Assembly (NCBI GenBank): GCA_977018835.1
Contig: OZ361260.1
Location: 1,922,001-1,986,000, forward strand
Direction of reading: 5' to 3'
DNA: 64,000 nucleotides
Origin: Minutocellus sp. GHC0000111
Lineage: Eukaryota
In this document: positions 59,518 to 64,000 of the stretch, one piece after another
Position numbering within the stretch: the first letter of the stretch is position 1
Layout of the letters: each line of letters starts with the position of its first letter
Notes under the pieces: generated by a model
Told to the model about the DNA's origin: nothing
Database searches by the model: none
The model's input: the letters and a program-made list of their open reading frames with translations, nothing else
Program-made: the position numbers and the translations under genes

Positions 59518-61221
59518 TTGCTACACTTAATATTCCTTGCGTTGCGTCCCGTTACTAGTCTAGTACATGTATTGACTGAAAGTTCCCCCCTTTCTATTTT
59601 GCCGCTGTTTCTCTTTTATACATTGGTAACGTGCATGATGTATGTGTTGGCTTTATTTATCTCTGTCCGACTTGGTCTCGAAGCAACGCATGATGATAAG
59701 GATGAGCGCATTGGCAGATACCACCACGGAAGGCCCCACTCGTACAGAAACGAAGAATTCGATTCCAATCGTCGTGGAAATGAAACTAGAGGAGGTGGTG
59801 GTAGTGATGGAGAATACGGTCACAATTATCGGCGACCTCGCCATTGCACGAGCGAAGGTGACGATGATTATCGCAGGTACCGAGATCATGGCATAGCTTC
59901 TTCTACGGGTACGAGTAGTGCTGGTGGTGACAAACGGCCCAGCAAACGGCCGAAACAACAGAAGCGAATCTGGCCACCTCCCTTCGATACCGACGGTGCC
60001 CTATACGTCTTCGATTCCAGAAGTGGATTCTTTTACGAAGCTGAAAGCAACTTCTACTTCGACCCAAAATCACGCTACTACTACTCCATCGACGCGGCGG
60101 CATACTTTCAGCACTACAAGGGGCAGGAACCACCGTTTCGAAAAGTTTCCCCGCAGCAAGAGGAAGAGAAAAAGAAGAAGGAAGAGCAAAAGAAGCGAGA
60201 GATGGACAAGCACACGATTAGTGACGCCGAGCAGGCTGGTCTTCCCGCTACCATATCTAACAATGAAGGCGGTGAAGTTGGCTCGGGCAAGATGAAGATT
60301 GCAATTTCACTAAAAACAAAAACGCCACTGGGCTCTGGAGCCACTAGATCTACTAGCTCCCTGAAATCACCCATGGATACGCGCATAGTTGAAAACTCAT
60401 CAATGGTTGGGCGAGAGCGACAAAGTTCTCCGACGACTCAATCCCGTGGAATCAAGCAGATACAGGCGCAGGCGTATGATGCTGACATTGCCAAGTGGAA
60501 CAATGCCAGATCGAGCAATACAACCACGTCCACTAGTTCGATACCGGCGGATTATAAGAACACTCCCAAAACTACCAAGGCGGGCCAGCCCATCTGCCTT
60601 TTGTGCCGTCGTAAATTTGCCAACACTGAGGCGCTGCAGAAGCATGAGCAATCGTCAGCTCTACATAAACAGAACCTTGCGAAGAAGAAAAGGGACCCTA
60701 CAAACAGTGGAGTTCCCAATCCTAGTGGAGCTGAGAGCAACGGCAAATCTTCTATAGAATATCGTGATCGTGCCAAAGATCGACGGTCTATGTATGGTAT
60801 TGAATCGAGCCACGGCGAGGAAGCAGCACCATTGACGGCGTCCACCGCATCATCCACTGGTATTGCAAGCACTGTCATTTCGTCGGCGTCGGCGGTCGAT
60901 ATTGGACCAAGTCTAGAAAAGGCCAGGCCTGTTGTCTCAGCAGAGTTGGTGAGGCCATCGGATGCTTTGGGGGACTCAAACATTGGAAGCCAAATGCTCA
61001 AGAAACTTGGTTGGAAACAGGGGTCGTCGTTAGGACGGGAGCAGGGCAACAGCGATGTTGGCCATGGTAGAGGTTCTGATGCCAACGCACAAATGGTCAA
61101 AGAATGGGAGACCATCGAGACTGCTGCTGCAGCCTCTTCCCAAACTGCTGCTGCTCGAGAAGGCACCAATAATAATAACAGCCGGGCAGGCGTTGGGGCA
61201 GGGCGTAGTAGATCTAGGTGA
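59518..61221 (+). CDS. OCRE / C2H2 zinc finger / G-patch protein (like the RBM5/10 C-terminal half); true start uncertain
   Basis: YVFDSRSGFFYEAESNFYFDPKSRYYY, CLLCRRKF...HEQSSALHKQNL, YRDRAKDRR, SNIGSQMLKKLGWKQGSSLG. Confidence 0.85.
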   Translation: MLHLIFLALRPVTSLVHVLTESSPLSILPLFLFYTLVTCMMYVLALFISVRLGLEATHDDKDERIGRYHHGRPHSYRNEEFDSNRRGNETRGGGGSDGEYGHNYRRPRHCTSEGDDDYRRYRDHGIASSTGTSSAGGDKRPSKRPKQQKRIWPPPFDTDGALYVFDSRSGFFYEAESNFYFDPKSRYYYSIDAAAYFQHYKGQEPPFRKVSPQQEEEKKKKEEQKKREMDKHTISDAEQAGLPATISNNEGGEVGSGKMKIAISLKTKTPLGSGATRSTSSLKSPMDTRIVENSSMVGRERQSSPTTQSRGIKQIQAQAYDADIAKWNNARSSNTTTSTSSIPADYKNTPKTTKAGQPICLLCRRKFANTEALQKHEQSSALHKQNLAKKKRDPTNSGVPNPSGAESNGKSSIEYRDRAKDRRSMYGIESSHGEEAAPLTASTASSTGIASTVISSASAVDIGPSLEKARPVVSAELVRPSDALGDSNIGSQMLKKLGWKQGSSLGREQGNSDVGHGRGSDANAQMVKEWETIETAAAASSQTAAAREGTNNNNSRAGVGAGRSRSR

Positions 61222-61472
61222 CGTGTGATGCCATCGGCACATGTAGATCTGAAAAAGACCTTGAAGAAGTTAGATCTACTTGTAACAAGAGCTGTTGTAT
61301 ACCGGTACCGGTACATGTATGTTCACATGTACATGTAGATCTACATGTAGATCTATCGGTACATGTAGACTAGAAATTACAAATCAGCAAAGAATGTCAC
61401 TAGTAGGCGAGTTAGGTGATCGTTGCTACTACCGGTACAGAGACCAACTCTATACATATCTATATAGGCCTA

Positions 61473-62971
61473 GAGTGATTCCACGAGACCGCCGACAAAA
61501 TCGCCGAAAATAGTAAGGCACTAGGAAATTTTTTTGTGCGATACTTTATGCAGCGCAAAAATGAACCCACTAAATGGCCTCTCTCAACACGGCGAAAGCA
61601 AGGAGAATTCATCTCCACAAGAAGGCCACCAAATGATGGTATAACGATAAATAACTCCAAGCCAACCGATGTATACGCCAACTACATGCGTTAGGTGAGT
61701 ATTGCATACTTGAAAGCAAACTCATTCGTACATCATGTGCTATTTTAGCAACATCTCCTCATGCCCAGAAATTTTCAATATTTTTTTACCCTCAAAATGG
61801 CAAAGAATGATGGCTGATGCTTGTCTACATCCATTTCAATCCTCCCTGACCGGCATTACTTTCACCTGGGTAATATTGGGAGCAAGTTTGCGCCAGAGGG
61901 TCGATATTGGGCCCCATCTTTGTATCATTGTGGCCGTCACCATGGAAAGCAAAAACATCTGAAAGTAGCAAATCCCCAACTACAACCCCCTTCAAGCCTC
62001 AACCACTGTTCCTTCACGCAACATCAGCACGCACGATGCTCATTCTATATTACATCCATCGATCTCACGTGTTGGTTTGGCCGCTTTCTCCGGTTTCGTT
62101 CCTCTCGGGCGGCAGAAGCAATGAAGGTGAAATCTGGTGCCGACATCAGACACGGGACTTTGGGAATAGTTTTCTCTATGAATTGTCAAGAAATGCCACC
62201 ATTCCTCACTCAAATGCGCTTGGTATATATATGGGTGAAGCGTCGACGGCTCAGTGCAACGGAAGTGGTGCATGGACCGCATAAAAGCATCCGGACCAAC
62301 TTTCGGATGGGTGGTGTAATGGGGGTGGTAATGGCGCTGGGCCACAATTCGCGGTACAGGCACGCACCGACGCACCGCTATCGCCCAAAAATCCCTTCCA
62401 GTAATATTCAGGAAGGCATCTAGGTGGTCAGAGTGTATGCGATGGCCGGGGTGGTGCTGTACATCGGGCGAACATGGTCGTGATGGAACGTCGGAAACTG
62501 TCGAAAAAATCGGGTCTAACGCGAACGAATTTTTCAAGGCTCAAAAAAGTAATTGCAAGTCTCCTGCTGCACCACAGTGTTGTGAAAGGCTATTACAAGG
62601 GTATGGTGCCCCGTAGTCTTGATTGTTCTCAATGGGAGGCACGTCGGCGACACATGTTGTGGCCCCATTCGTTGAACGAAATGGGTTTTGTTTCGTTATA
62701 AAGTTTGATGTATTTTTTCTTTCTTGAAACAGCACAAGTGTATTCTACGACATAAAAATAAATTTTCAAACAATAGTGTACCAAAAGAAACACTCTAATA
62801 CCGTATCTATATCATGTGCTAAAAGAGCACCAAGATCATTGTACCAACTTCCTTTTATTGTTGATTATGGTCTACAATACCCTTCTGAGTAAGGATCATC
62901 AATAAAAGGAAGTTGGTACAATGTTTACGAAACATCGCGGAGGGGGTGTCTGCTCTCTCGTGAAATCACTC
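61473..62971. mobile_element. Non-autonomous TIR element (1,499 bp) with long target-site duplication
   Basis: Imperfect ~25-bp TIRs (GAGTGATTCCACGAGACCGCCGACA vs GAGTGATTTCACGAGAGAGCAGACA), flanked by TACATATCTATATAGGCCTA at 61453-61472 and 62972-62991. Confidence 0.8.
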
Positions 62972-63278
62972 TACATATCTATATAGGCCTATAGATCTAC
63001 CGGTACCATTGGTCACACATGTTTTCCTTGCGTGTTTTCCGTTCGTGTTGGGGGTTGCGTTGCCAACAACAACAACAACAACAACAACACACATTCTGAA
63101 ATCAGATCTAGATACTAGTAGTACCGGTACATGTATGTTATCCTCGTCCCTCTCGACATCAAACCGGAGACAAAACACCTCTCGAGCAAGAGGTCCTGGA
63201 TCGACTTATTCGACTGGCCAGCTGCCTCAGATCAGATAGGAACGCAATCGCAACGGCACAAAACGAAAGCAAGCAACC

Positions 63279-64000
63279 ATGTCGGAATCATCCGAGGAAG
63301 CGACGGTCACCTGCTCGACCTCGAAGGGAGAATTCAAGATGAAATTCTTCCGAAATTGGAGTCCCAATGGATACGATAGAGTGGTCGAGCTCTTCGAGAG
63401 GGGATTCTACGATCACTCCCACTTCTTTCGAGGTGAGAATTATCCAATGACATTCCGATTTTGATTATTGGAATGCAGAATGGAACGACGCAACACACGT
63501 TCCTGTAGATCTGTCTACACAACGGCACGAGTTAAAAACAGATGATTATGTTTTACGGGCATTTTTCGTGTATTGTACAGAAGTCGTGTACAAGCCCCCC
63601 CTTGAACATTTCTTCTCATCATCCATCCGTCCTTTCCTCCGACACTTACTGTATGCTGTCGATTGGTAACGTAGTTCTGCCAGGCTTCCTAGTGCAGTTC
63701 GGGATTTCGTATTCCGTGGACAAAGAGCTGAAGAAGTTTGCAAGACAGACCATACCGGATGATCCGCATCGTCCTGACTTAAGACAGGTGAATAATATGT
63801 CCGTGTGTGATGTGTTCTTTCGTAAAATTGATCCATTTCATTGGTTCTAGCTAGTACATCCTAATGCGGCTTTCGACTTACTTTAATCATTTATTTGTGT
63901 GACGTCTCTTCATGCAACACGTGCTGTAAACAATAATACATCAACTATCAACAATTAGTTTCGTCCTGGGCTGATTAGTTTTGCTGGTAAGTGAAGGTGT
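63279..64000 (+). CDS. Cyclophilin-type peptidyl-prolyl isomerase (runs off the window)
   Basis: VTCSTSKGEF...WSPNGYDRVVELFERGFYDHSHFFR | PGFLVQFGIS | GLISFAG, split by GT-AG introns. Confidence 0.85.

Noticed and set aside
61735..62735. Short ORFs inside the long-TSD element as a transposase
   Set aside because: No recognisable DDE, HUH or recombinase motif; at most decayed remnants.

Overview
Eukaryotic, intron-containing DNA, most likely from a diatom or related stramenopile (judged from gene content, PS-repeat secreted protein and palindrome-rich intergenic DNA). The window is dominated by mobile DNA. (1) A ~15 kb Helitron2/HLE2-type rolling-circle element, apparently complete at ~33.8-49.0 kb, with a near-identical second copy at 1-10.1 kb (offset 38,881). 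It encodes a spliced HUH-Rep/PIF1 polyprotein with an N-terminal ubiquitin-like module ending in RVRGG, plus several accessory genes I cannot assign. Ten copies of a 16-bp palindrome (TGTTGAATATTCAACA) sit only in its introns, intergenic DNA and subterminal regions. (2) A Kolobok DNA transposon (TTAA target duplication, 17-bp TIRs, transposase plus KolX) whose transposase half is tandemly duplicated. (3) A pogo/Tc1-like MITE. (4) A 1.5-kb TIR element with an unusually long 16-20 bp target-site duplication. Host genes: PS-repeat mucin-like protein (truncated), putative plastid protein, mitochondrial carrier (frameshifted), ankyrin protein, HSD17B14-like SDR, 36-aa helical-repeat/PDZ-like gene joined to an AP-4 mu fragment, leishmanolysin-like pseudogene, protease-less FtsH-like AAA ATPase, methionyl-tRNA synthetase, Pro-rich Cys/His protein, OCRE/C2H2/G-patch protein and a cyclophilin. 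All family calls are by motif recognition only; no database search was run.
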